64,000 nt of DNA from Callorhinchus milii (taxonomy: Eukaryota): the NCBI RefSeq assembly GCF_018977255.1, contig NW_024704743.1, positions 23,872,001 to 23,936,000 on the forward strand, in the 5' to 3' direction. Under the pieces are notes generated by a model. That model did no database searches, was not told where the DNA came from, and was given only the letters and a program-made list of their open reading frames with translations. Both the position numbers and the translations under genes were made by a program. Positions 26,260-36,825 of this stretch are shown here, one piece after another (within the stretch, counting starts at the first letter, position 1; every line of letters starts with the position of its first letter).

Positions 26260-27175
26260 TCGTGGAAGCCTGTTAAGATTGGGGATGAGCGTTTTGTCCG
26301 GTTTAAGAGGCGCCTGAGGTTAACCAAAATATCTTTCAGCCCAACAGAGGAGAGTCACCAACATCGTATAATAATATGTAATAATAATAATAATCCTTGC
26401 AGTTGATATAGCGCTTTTCACGTCTTCTCGACGTCTCAAAGCGCTTCACAGAATAGACTGTAAAGTGAATTGACCGGATATTTATGGGCGAAACACGGCG
26501 GCCAATTGCTCACAGCAGTTTCCCACAAACAGTCGTGGATTGAAAACGACCAATTTACTATTGTTTTGTTTTGGAGGGATTACGTTGTTTCCCTTGAAGC
26601 AAGGTTAATTAACCAAACAGGACGCCAAGTATTTTAATTTAGGAATGAAAATACTGTACTCTCACAGAATACAGTAAAATATATTTACTTTGTTTGGATG
26701 CAAAATACCTCCCCCCCCCCCCCCCCCCCCCACCCAAGACCAATTAGCTATGGGGCTGAGATGACTGACAGCTTTGTTTGGGCTCCACCCATTCACAAGT
26801 GGCTCAGCTGTCAATCAATCACAATTTCCCTCCCTTGTTCTTCCCTGTTCCTCCACCCCCCCTCACTGATTGACAGCCCAACTTCAGCCGCTTGTGAATG
26901 GCTGGAGTCCGCTGTCAATCAATCTTAGACTCTGCCCATCTCCATCCGGGAACCCCACTCGTGGCTGAATGGAGCCGTTCGACATACAGAAGGCTCGAGT
27001 GAGGACCTTCAGTAGTCATCAGCGCAGCACTTTGCCCGGTTTAACCAGATTTTTTGTCCAATTCAATCGCCATATTTAAAACAGGTAAGAATATGACTGA
27101 ATTAGGGCCGGCCATTTTGTTCGATTTGCCCAGGGTTCGGGGTTAACCAGATTCCGGCAAAAGTGGATTCCACTG
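26260..27175. mobile_element. Non-autonomous Tc1/mariner-pogo (Tigger-like) DNA transposon with TA target duplication, interrupted by a SINE at 26380-26582
   Basis: Right end ...GGATTCCACTG|TA and left end TA|TCGTGGAAGCC, with subterminal GGTTAACC/CCGGTTTAA motifs at both ends. Removing the element restores a continuous SINE/L2 tail. Confidence 0.65.
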
Positions 27176-29189
27176 TATTTAATATAGTGCTTTTCATGCT
27201 GGGAGGACATGAAACAGGATATACCTTAAATTTTGTAGGCAAGAGAAAGTAAACCCAGAACAATTCTGTACTTACCAATGTGCCAAGACAGAGGATAAGA
27301 GTCCATGTTCAGATTTGTGAAGGGTAGGTTTGGGACAAGGAAGTACATTTTACACAGAGGATGATCAACAGCTGGAATACGTCAGCAGGAAGTGTGTTTA
27401 AGCCTGGGACATTGGATCAATTTAAGAAAGTTTGATACTATTATTGGGAAGATGGGAGGGTTGACATATAATGGTGATGTACAACCTTATATTGGATATG
27501 TATGATTTGCAGAATAGTAAAAATTCATCCTTTAACAGATTGTGAGAAATCTTTTGCTACAACAACCAAGATTACATACAAATGATCTGTTAAAGGAAGA
27601 ATTTTTTGCCTATTGTGGTGCTGCAACATCGGTGACATGTTACACTCTTCCACATTCAAAGGCTATGTATCTCCAGATCAGTTGAGTGAAGTGCAGTTAC
27701 TGCTACTTCTGTGGTTTCAAAAACCAAACATTATAGCCAGAACAGCACCTGGAAACTGCTGTAGTATGTGAGCCCAGCAGGTGGAAACAAACAGGTAATG
27801 TTTGGCTCACTATCATAACTTTTTACACTCAATACAAACAGCAAAGCAACAGAAGGTTTTGAGCCAGAAGTATAGCTGAAGAAGACTGTTTACCCATAAT
27901 TACATTCCGTCATGGCCATATTTCACATATTATTATTATGTGCTGTATCCAGGGATATATTTCTATACTGTCCTTAAGTGCCAATTAGTGGTAATGATTC
28001 AGATATCCACTAAACTGCCATTTAATAGTTTCCTCTGACTCTATCATGAATTGCAGTGGACTGAGGGTACTTTTTTACGCATGCTCTTTAATGTACAATG
28101 CTCTCACCATTACGCTCTATGAAATGCACATAAGGACACCTTTGTGTAGTTCCAGACAGAGTGGTTTTAAGTATCCTAAGGAGCCTGATAATTAGATGCA
28201 CAATTTGAACTTTGCCTGCCTCAATCTGCTGAATATATGGCTACGCAAAAATGTTGGGAGAGGGATTAAATAATTGATATTCCTTTCTTGAGTTTGAGAT
28301 TCTCCACCAGCTTTTTGCTTCTGTACTGTGGTGAGCAATTTGTTTCTCATGTGTACACCTGCACCTAATCCAATGTAGGCCATCATACCCACTCTTGAAA
28401 CGTTAATCTATTTTCCTCTTTCATTGTTATTACAAGGCAGCAGTCTAATCTGGGGGTGATGGGGTTAGGGATATATATAGAACGATAAAATGCTAGATAC
28501 CTACATGTGAGTACAAGGCGATAACTTGTTCAAGGGGTCACGTGACTTCATAAGCCAGAGAGTGATGTAAAAGCACCATCTGAGCTTTGACATGACATTG
28601 ACATTTTACAATGAGTGTTGTGGAATTCCGAGTGTATAAACAGCCACAGTACTCATGAACTAGCATCAGCACTGAAAGATTGACTATTCTGATCTCAACT
28701 CAAAGCTTGCCGAGTGATGATCAGCATACGATTACAGGAGGGGAAAGTCAGTTTATATTACGTTCAAGCACCCAGCTGAAATTGTGCCCTGTAGTATACA
28801 AATTGGTAGGAGAACTCTTGCAAGGCACAGTTCAGATTCTGACTGACAATGTAGTAAGTCTGACGCCAGAGAGTCTGTCCTTCATATCACCAGCCATTGC
28901 CAGATTTGGGAGAAGGGTAGTTTCTGAAGTCCAGGTAGTTCTTGGTTTGATTCTACAGAAGGCATATTATGTTGAGAGCACCACACACCATGTCAGGGTG
29001 TGAGATCACATCATGCCTCACACCAAGATCTTCCAATATTACAAGTGCTGAGAGAAGCTTTCAAGCCAAACTATGATACTCACCCACCCACAAGGAGGGA
29101 GGGAAATTAAAAGAATGTCAAGATACTGTGAGACAACAGAGACTGACCAAGATCTAGTAGCAAATTTTGCTGGTGTATTGTTGGCAAAG

Positions 29190-29345
29190 ACACTGGTAGA
29201 AATCCCTTTCTCTTTTTGGTGATGATTCAGGGATCCTCAACGTCCACTTGGACAGGCAAACTGGACATTGGTTAAATGTCTCATCGAAGTACACCACCTC
29301 AGACAATGCTGTGCACCCCCAGTATTGCATCAGTGTGTCAGCCAA
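29190..29345 (-). mobile_element. SacSINE1-like DeuSINE fragment
   Basis: Reverse complement of GGCTGACACACTGATGCAATACTGGGG...GATGAGACATTTAACC...GTGGACGTTGAGGATCCC. Confidence 0.65.
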
Positions 29346-29494
29346 AACTATCAGCTCGAAAGTTTCGATGAGGGGCTAAAGTTTCTGCACATTGAACAGC
29401 AAAGGTTTTTTCAAAGGTTAAAAGAAAGAAGCATCTTTAAAATTGGTCAAAAATTATTTTTTTTAAAAAATGCAAATTTCAATAAACTCTATTC

Positions 29495-29500
29495 TTTATT
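29495..29500 (-). terminator. Candidate polyadenylation signal (AATAAA) of the MROH1-like gene
   Basis: Plus-strand TTTATT at 29495-29500 lies ~290 nt downstream of the stop. On the - strand it is followed by T-rich sequence and an A8 run (29464-29457). Confidence 0.5.
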
Positions 29501-29791
29501 CAAAAATTAATTTTCGAATAAGCGGTATTGCAGCTTGTTCTTGGTCGTAACTAAGAGTAGAGTTGTCCTTTTACAGAAGAAATAGGTTTAGAATGGTGGA
29601 TAAAATGCATGCATCATCCCATTGACGTATTACTGTTGTCTGTTAAATAGCTCTGGCTGTTTTCATGGTCAAGGTTTCTTCATGTTAGGAGCAGCTATCT
29701 TGAATTTCAGATTTCCACTGCTTTGGGAACTCTTTTGTATACACAACACAAACAAATCCTACCTGAGAGGAGTGAGTCTCTTCTGACGAGT

Positions 29792-32700
29792 CTAATACTC
29801 ATAGAGGAGCATTATTGCTTTGGCTGCTTTAATTCTAACACTTGGGATGGGATCTAACAGTAATGTAATAATCTCATTACAAATCTGGTCAGCGGGGCCT
29901 GACCTCGGAAAATCTGGTGGTGCGTGTTTCATGAGAAACCCAATGAAGGTGACTGCGTTCTCTCTGATCTCCGGCTGTGCACTGCTGAAGAAGGGGACAC
30001 AACCCGTTATGTAGAATGTGATCTTCTCGGTCAAGTCTCTGCTTAGGTGGTTTGAGACGTTGCACAGAAATTCCTCGTACTCCAAAGTGGTCTCAATCAA
30101 GAGCTCTTCAAATATTTCGCAGATGCAGATTGACTCCATTATGGGACCCACCGTGGACAACACTGATTTACAGATCGCTATCACCTCACTACTCCTGTCA
30201 TTGAGGTGGAGCAGCAAGCTGATCAAGCTTGAATAGATCTGCTCCATAAACACAGGCTTCAGTTGTTTATCGCCAAATCTGATTAGGCTCCCGAGCACCA
30301 TGAAGGCTGCAGCTCTCACTCGTTCGTTGTCCTTTTCAAAAAGGGGCTGAATTGCAAGCGCCACTTCCAGGAGGATGGGATTGGAGTTCTCCTTCTCCAT
30401 CTTAGCCAGGACTTTGGAGATGCCCGACATGGCTTCGAGTACGATGAGATTGTTGGGCTCGTACTTCTCATCCAACACGGAGATCATAGCAGACAGCAAC
30501 TTGGTGGAATACTTTTCGATCTTGTTTGAACCTCCAATTGCAGCATTTCCCAGGCCCCTGACGGAGAGCCACCGGACTGCAGCCGAGGTATCAATCAAGC
30601 ACCTCAGCAGGCTACCCACCAGAGTGTCTGTGAGTTGCAGTTCTGAGACCACAGAGTGGTTTAAAAGCTCCCCAAAGAAGGCAGCCACAGTGATTCTCTG
30701 GCTCTCGTGGATGTTCACAAGGACAGGTGCAAGCTGCTCAGCAATGTTGATCAAGTGAGGGACAGCACAGTTGCTCATCACCCTCGCCAGCATTGACACG
30801 CCCTCATGATGTCGCTTTGGATTCTTAATCAAATCCCAGACTCCAGTGTCATTCATGAGCTTCATCTCATTCTCATTCTTTCCATGTGTCAGGATAGCCT
30901 GAAGTATTTCCACGCAGCAATTGCTAGCTTCCACATTTCTAGCTAGTTGAGGCAGAAAGGAGGTGGTTTTCCTGTCCTTTGGATTGTTGAGAAAATCTTT
31001 GGACAATTGGACTCTGACGCTGGCGCTGAGGTGAATGAGGAGAGTACTGAAGAGCTGAGGGTACAGCTTGCTCACCACCATTTCAGACTCAGGGTCAGCC
31101 AGCATCTCACGCAGGGCGCTGATAACATGTAAAGGCTGCTGAGCTGCTGCGCTTGTTACATTGCTGGTGAGAAGGGACTCTTTGCTGTCGTCGTATAGTA
31201 ACTTTAAGTTGTCTAGTAAGTACTTGATGGCAGTTGCAGCCAGTGCTTTGTCTCTGAGCAGTGATTTCCATATGTCGCTAACATACTTATCAAACGGCAG
31301 AGGGTACGTGAGGAGACAGGGCAAGACCATAGGCACGTTTTGGGAAGCCAGAATGGAGATGCAGTGAGTTACTGAGCGAGCCACTGGTTCCTGAGTGATG
31401 TACTGAGACTGGGCGTGCAGGACGCGGATTATCTCGGGAACCTCTTCCAGGCTCGCTCCGCGCCTTCGAATGAGGATGTTCATGACAATGGCGGAGGCGC
31501 AGGAACAGTTGGGATGCTCTTCAGTGAGTCCCTTAAAAACCGTGAAAAGAAGGTCTTTCATCTGATCCTGAGGCATCCGCTTGGATAAGATCTTGCCAAT
31601 GTCAGCGCATGTGCGGAAGAGAAGTAGACTGTTAAGGTGATCTAAGCCACTTTTAATGGTTTTCAGATGCTCCACTATGATATCTCTGTGATCCACTGCA
31701 AAACCTTCACAGCGCAGCTGTATGTAGAGTAGTGTGTACAGACTGTCGATAGCTGCCTGCCTCACAATGGGCAATGGATCAGTGCACCGGGGGATCATCT
31801 CTCCTACAATGACCCCGAGATTATGAAATGTAACGATATTGTTGACGTGAAGCTTTTCCAGGTAGAACATCAGCAGGTCTGAAGTGATCTCCATTGCTTT
31901 CTCTCGTTCATGGTCCTTGTCCGACTTGATCCAAATATTCACATGTTTGAATACAGACTGAAACCCGTTGGGGGACAAATCTAGGAGGAGGATTTGCTTC
32001 AGAAGATCCTGGAGCGAGGTCATCGTCTCATTGTAGAGCATCGCTCTGTTTTCCCCATCCACATTGGTGTCTTCTTTCAAAGATTCTGTCTCCGGTTGAG
32101 GCAAAGCGATCACACTTTTCAGGCAGATTTTAATCAATTCAGATGTATCCTCTTCTTTGAGCAGAGGCTCCAGTTTAGAAAGGAAGATGCAGGCGTTCAT
32201 TGCTGACTTTCGAATGGAAGTCTTCAGTACCTCGGTGGGCTCAGCCTTAATGAGTTCCTGCATATAGACCAATAGTTCTCCTCTTCTGGTGAATTTGAAG
32301 GTGGGACATTGTCGATTGGAATAGATAGCTCTGGCTATCAGGGTCACGGTCTTTATCAGGCTCAGCTTCACCGTCAAATCCTTGATTTCAACCTTAATTC
32401 CTAAAATTTTTATATTGAAGTTGTTTAGCACGTTCTGCAGAATGTCCGTCTCGATTCGGGACAGAATGAGATCCTCGGGAGAATGTAATATCACATACCC
32501 GTAACACAGTATCAGAGTGCTTTTAACCTTTATCATTTCAATGTCGGACTGGTCTTTCAGAATATGGAAGAAACTTGCAGTCTTCTTAAAGATATTTAAC
32601 TTTCCGTAATCTTTCAGTTTGTTCAGTGTAGTGTCCAGGTGGGTTGTGGCACAGTAACCAAATCCCGCTGCCACCCCCTCCCTCTCTAAAGGTTCACTAT

Positions 32701-34732
32701 GTTGAACGCTTTGCATCATCTCCTGAAGGTTCTTCTTCACCACATCTCTATTTTGGGTGTGCTGTAGCACCACACCCAGGCACTTGAACAGAAATCCCTT
32801 CTCCTGTGGGTAATGGTGATAGCTGTTAACATGCTTGATCATTTCTTCACTAAGCTGGTAAATCCATGCATCATCGGCAATCACCTCCAAAGTTCTGGAC
32901 AGGACCAGTAAGAGTTTATCTTCCCACTGCTGCTGGTCCATCAACACCTCAGAATTCTCCATCAGGAAATCCACCAATGCTGGCAGCTCCTTTTCCCATA
33001 CCTTTATCACTGCTTGGTGGATGTTGGCACCCATAATCTGCAGCAAGGTCAGTGCAGGCGCACCTCTGCCTTTTCCCTGGTATGGAGAAGAGGCCACAAT
33101 CAGCAGGCGTGTCAACAGTGCATGAGGCTTAGGAAGTGTTGGGTGCTTTACGTAACAAAGAAAAAAATCCTGCGCCTCGTTTTTCTGTTTCTTTGTGCCA
33201 AGGTGTACCAAGCACCTGCACACTGTTGCCAAGGCATTGGTGTAGCGCATGGTGACCACAAACTCCAGCAGGAACGGCCAGAGAACGTTCTCCATCCTCT
33301 CTGTGGTGGTGATGATGTTCATAATGACCTCGCACAGCCTTTTTATATCTTTATCGCTGATATCAGCTGACTGTGGGATGCACACATTGGGGACAGTTTC
33401 CACAACGGGAAGAGCACACTGTCGGATGATGAACTCCACCATTGCCTTTCCCCCCTCCAGCTCTAGGTAGCGCCGGTTGGCCATGCTGTATATCACTTGG
33501 GCCACCATTCTTTTCACCCTGTTGTTGTTATCCAGCAGGGGGAGTTTCATGCCTTCCAAAATGCGAGGTTTCTTAGACTCCAGGCTCGAAGGCACAGCGG
33601 TGATCAGGTGTTTCAGCGCAATGAGCGTCCCTATTCGGATCTGTTCATTGTTGGCTTCCAGCTGCAGCAGAAGGAATTCAGTAATTTGGTCAGAAAAGGA
33701 CGGAGTCAGGACTTTGAAGCAGCAGAGGACTTCGTTGTGATTCTTGCTGGTAAAGTGGTTTGCACTGTCCACGGGGATGCAGATCTGATTGTGTAGACTG
33801 AGGAGCAAGCTCTCCAGTTGGAGTTCCAGCACCTCACTGCCCCTCTCCATGGCAGCGTGCAGTATCCCACATAAGCCCTGAGTGATACAGAAATCACTCG
33901 AGTTCTTCTTGTACATGGACAGAACCGTGGGGATCAGGTTGGACAGCTCATTCTCTAGCTTGTCGTAAGGCATCAGGTGGCTTAACTGACCTATAGTCTC
34001 TACCACTGCTGTGCCCACCTTGGATTCTTTGATCGGAAGCCACACAGAGAAAAGTATATCGTAAGCAGTGGAAATCTCAGTGAAGAATAAATTCTTCCTC
34101 ACTGTAGGATCTGGGGCCTCATCTATGTCTGATAGGTATGCAAGGATGCTCTCACTAAAAAGACCCAGTGCTAAACAGAACACCCACTTCATCTTCTCTT
34201 GGGTTACCATCGGAAGCATTGTAAGCATAGTGTGCAAGATTGGCTTTAACATTGGTACTATGTGATGCACATTTGCTGTGCACAGATTTGCCAATGTTAG
34301 AACCACATAGAAATGTGGAACACAGCCCTGATGAAACATCGAGAGCATCTCATCTAAAACCTCATTGGTAAATCTGCAGCCCAGGGTAACCAGCAGGTTA
34401 CTTGCAGCTTCCTGATGTTCGGGAAGTACATCCTTGCATTTGGTCATCTCTGTCGAAGCCAAGTAGATGAGCTTTTTAGCCACGGGTCGGTTCAAGTACG
34501 CAATTGTGTCCCTCACTATCAATTTCAAACTCTTCAATAAAACTGCCCGATGCACTGCCAATAACTTTTTATGCTTAAGGAGGTATTCCCGACAGAACAG
34601 TAGGACCGCCTCTGGATGAGAACATCCCAGTTCATGCAAGGACTGACACATTTTGTTGCTAACAATATCACCCTCATCGAAAGTGACGTCCATTAACATG
34701 ACCAACAAATCTTCCACGTTGACGCTCGCCAT
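29792..34732 (-). CDS. MROH1: Intronless maestro heat-like repeat protein, MROH1-like (HEATR7A family), 1646 aa; probable retrogene nested antisense in a CTNND2 intron
   Basis: Uninterrupted 4941-nt ORF. The first in-frame ATG is at 34732 in context aaaATGG; the track's start at 34753 is a GTG. Stop is TAG at 29794-29792. Motifs colinear with recalled MROH1 include LASTEMTK, APDPTVRK, LPLLDNNNRVKR, YLELEGGKAMVEFIIRQCALP, VLWPFLLEFV, EKGFLFKCLG and QRITVAAFFGELL. Length is close to human MROH1 (~1640 aa). The symbol denotes the family; this is probably a paralog, not the ortholog. Confidence 0.9.
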   Translation of the reverse strand: MASVNVEDLLVMLMDVTFDEGDIVSNKMCQSLHELGCSHPEAVLLFCREYLLKHKKLLAVHRAVLLKSLKLIVRDTIAYLNRPVAKKLIYLASTEMTKCKDVLPEHQEAASNLLVTLGCRFTNEVLDEMLSMFHQGCVPHFYVVLTLANLCTANVHHIVPMLKPILHTMLTMLPMVTQEKMKWVFCLALGLFSESILAYLSDIDEAPDPTVRKNLFFTEISTAYDILFSVWLPIKESKVGTAVVETIGQLSHLMPYDKLENELSNLIPTVLSMYKKNSSDFCITQGLCGILHAAMERGSEVLELQLESLLLSLHNQICIPVDSANHFTSKNHNEVLCCFKVLTPSFSDQITEFLLLQLEANNEQIRIGTLIALKHLITAVPSSLESKKPRILEGMKLPLLDNNNRVKRMVAQVIYSMANRRYLELEGGKAMVEFIIRQCALPVVETVPNVCIPQSADISDKDIKRLCEVIMNIITTTERMENVLWPFLLEFVVTMRYTNALATVCRCLVHLGTKKQKNEAQDFFLCYVKHPTLPKPHALLTRLLIVASSPYQGKGRGAPALTLLQIMGANIHQAVIKVWEKELPALVDFLMENSEVLMDQQQWEDKLLLVLSRTLEVIADDAWIYQLSEEMIKHVNSYHHYPQEKGFLFKCLGVVLQHTQNRDVVKKNLQEMMQSVQHSEPLEREGVAAGFGYCATTHLDTTLNKLKDYGKLNIFKKTASFFHILKDQSDIEMIKVKSTLILCYGYVILHSPEDLILSRIETDILQNVLNNFNIKILGIKVEIKDLTVKLSLIKTVTLIARAIYSNRQCPTFKFTRRGELLVYMQELIKAEPTEVLKTSIRKSAMNACIFLSKLEPLLKEEDTSELIKICLKSVIALPQPETESLKEDTNVDGENRAMLYNETMTSLQDLLKQILLLDLSPNGFQSVFKHVNIWIKSDKDHEREKAMEITSDLLMFYLEKLHVNNIVTFHNLGVIVGEMIPRCTDPLPIVRQAAIDSLYTLLYIQLRCEGFAVDHRDIIVEHLKTIKSGLDHLNSLLLFRTCADIGKILSKRMPQDQMKDLLFTVFKGLTEEHPNCSCASAIVMNILIRRRGASLEEVPEIIRVLHAQSQYITQEPVARSVTHCISILASQNVPMVLPCLLTYPLPFDKYVSDIWKSLLRDKALAATAIKYLLDNLKLLYDDSKESLLTSNVTSAAAQQPLHVISALREMLADPESEMVVSKLYPQLFSTLLIHLSASVRVQLSKDFLNNPKDRKTTSFLPQLARNVEASNCCVEILQAILTHGKNENEMKLMNDTGVWDLIKNPKRHHEGVSMLARVMSNCAVPHLINIAEQLAPVLVNIHESQRITVAAFFGELLNHSVVSELQLTDTLVGSLLRCLIDTSAAVRWLSVRGLGNAAIGGSNKIEKYSTKLLSAMISVLDEKYEPNNLIVLEAMSGISKVLAKMEKENSNPILLEVALAIQPLFEKDNERVRAAAFMVLGSLIRFGDKQLKPVFMEQIYSSLISLLLHLNDRSSEVIAICKSVLSTVGPIMESICICEIFEELLIETTLEYEEFLCNVSNHLSRDLTEKITFYITGCVPFFSSAQPEIRENAVTFIGFLMKHAPPDFPRSGPADQICNEIITLLLDPIPSVRIKAAKAIMLLYEY

Positions 34733-35999
34733 TTTATGTTCACCGCTTAGCACATCCTGGAGTCCAAGGCTTGCAATTTCCTCAAAACAGTGGTTTATTT
34801 TTATGCATATTAGTCCCTGAACTCCTCTGTTTCATTGCAAACAAATAATAGCAGTTTATTATTTCGCCCAAAGTAGTGCATTTTAATGAAGGGAGGGAGA
34901 AGTATGGCTTTTTTTCAAACTCTTAATTCTTGACTTCTTTGATTCACTGTCACAACAGCCTAGAAGATTGCCCTGAGCATAATTCGATGGCTGTTCTGTT
35001 GAACTTCTATTTACTCAGCTCATGAAATCTACTTTGAAAAGATCCTATTTTGTTTCTGGTCTAGAGTATCTCTCCTTCGGATAAATACATACCCATTGTA
35101 GCCTTACCAAACAGTTTATGAATTGGAAGACAGCTTGCCTTTACCGATTAGGAATTACGTCTTCCTTTCTCTGTGACCTTAACAAAGATCATTTCTCATT
35201 TAGGATTAATAGCAGTTGAAGCGACACAGAATTTTCTTTGTTGCACAGATACTTCTCCTCACAGTTTCACTTGACCAATCTGCCTATTGATATTATTCCA
35301 CTTCCTTTGCTTTCTTACCAACAAGTGATGGCTGATTACATCCTCAAGAGCAGCAGTGCACTCTTCTTAAACCCATGTGCCAGATTTTTTTTTAATGGTA
35401 ATCCCAATTGATTTGATTTACAATCTCAAGAAATTAGAATATCAGGAAACTAGAACCTTCAAAATTCTGTGGTTACATTGTTCAAATCCTTAACTTGTTT
35501 TGAATTCCTTACTTGCTCAAATCAGCCCAAAGCAACTCCTTTTCGCTCTATTAAGTCAGTCTTCTCAAGGCACAGACTTTCCCCACGTATTAGGTTTAAA
35601 ATAACTATTCAGAGCACAGAAATCTAAAACTCACCAACTTTTGATCTTTCTATTGATGCTATTTGCTGTACCTCAGTTTCTCACAAACGAGTAAGAAAAT
35701 TATTTCTCCAAATCTACTGTTTTGAAAACGCATCAATCTTTTTCTTCAGTGTAATTCCCACTATTTTGATTTGCCTTTTCAACGGACGTCCATTCTTTGA
35801 ACCTAAGAATTATCTGTTGACTTATTGGTCTTTGATGAGTTCCTTATTTATCCAGTTCAACCTAAATAAATTTCTGCTTTACACAAATCCCTTTTTGCAC
35901 TTGTGTGGAGTGATCTTCCTTCTGACAAACACGCTTCCAATGGCATAGAGCTCTCCAGGCCAGTGCAAACTTGTTCTCAGACCTTTAGGGTTTGAGCTA

Positions 36000-36390
36000 G
36001 GTTACCTTCCCACTTTTCGAGTGATTTTCTCTCTCGTTCTAATCCCGGATTCTTTCTCCTTTGCACTTCGTACGGCTTCTTATTCAGATTCTCAGTCCTT
36101 TAACCGCTCTTCCGAATCTACAATTGACTTGTTATGAATTGCTATATCCCCTCACGTTTACATACGCTGTTTCTCTGTCTTCGCCTCCAAAGCAACTAAC
36201 TTTCCTCTCTAACTCGGGACCAACAACCACACAAAGGCTTTGTGTCATCATGGGTGTCATTATGAGGCCATGTGACAAGCAGTCACATGACTCCCCCCCC
36301 ACCCCACCCCCACCCACCCACCCCCACCCCCCACCCACCCACTCCCATCCCAGCCGCCCACCTCAGGTGGTGACCCACCATCATGAATGA
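36000..36390 (-). promoter_or_regulatory. Candidate promoter / non-coding first exon of the MROH1-like gene
   Basis: About 11 CpGs in 36001-36230 against a CpG-poor background, an inverted CATGTGAC pair (36269-36289), CACCC/GC-box-like runs (36292-36362) and a donor-like AAG|GTAAC on the - strand at ~36005. Inference only. Confidence 0.35.
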
Positions 36391-36825
36391 TGTATTTTGG
36401 AGTCCATTTATATAACTTTTCATCTAGTTTGCAGACATTTGCAAATATTAATTATGCAGCGTTATTGTAGTGTTTGACATAAAATGGAAAACGGATCATG
36501 AGTGGATCATTTGAAGAGAGAGAATATAAAAGGAAATAGGGAAACTGTAGATTAGAATAGGCTAGCACCGGTGTATGCACTGGCACCTTAGAATTACAGA
36601 GAACTTTGCAACACGGAAACAGGCCATTCGGCCAAAATAATCCATGCTAGTGTATTTATTCTACACAGGCCCCCACTACTTCTAATCCGTTCTCGTATAC
36701 ACCTCTGTTTCCTTCTCTATCATGAAAGACTGCAAAGCTTTGCATTGAATGTTAGATGCTTTCAGTAAATATACATGTAAGCATACATGTAAAGTACATT
36801 TATCTGTATTGTGTGAGTGTATTCC

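Noticed and set aside
29820..34265. Several short + strand and alternate-frame ORFs overlapping the MROH1-like ORF
   Set aside because: They are shadow ORFs of a long coding sequence with no recognisable protein features.
34733..34753. ORF-track N-terminal extension MLSGEHK of the 1653-aa ORF
   Set aside because: It starts at GTG. The ATG at 34732 has strong Kozak context and aligns with the MROH1 N-terminus.
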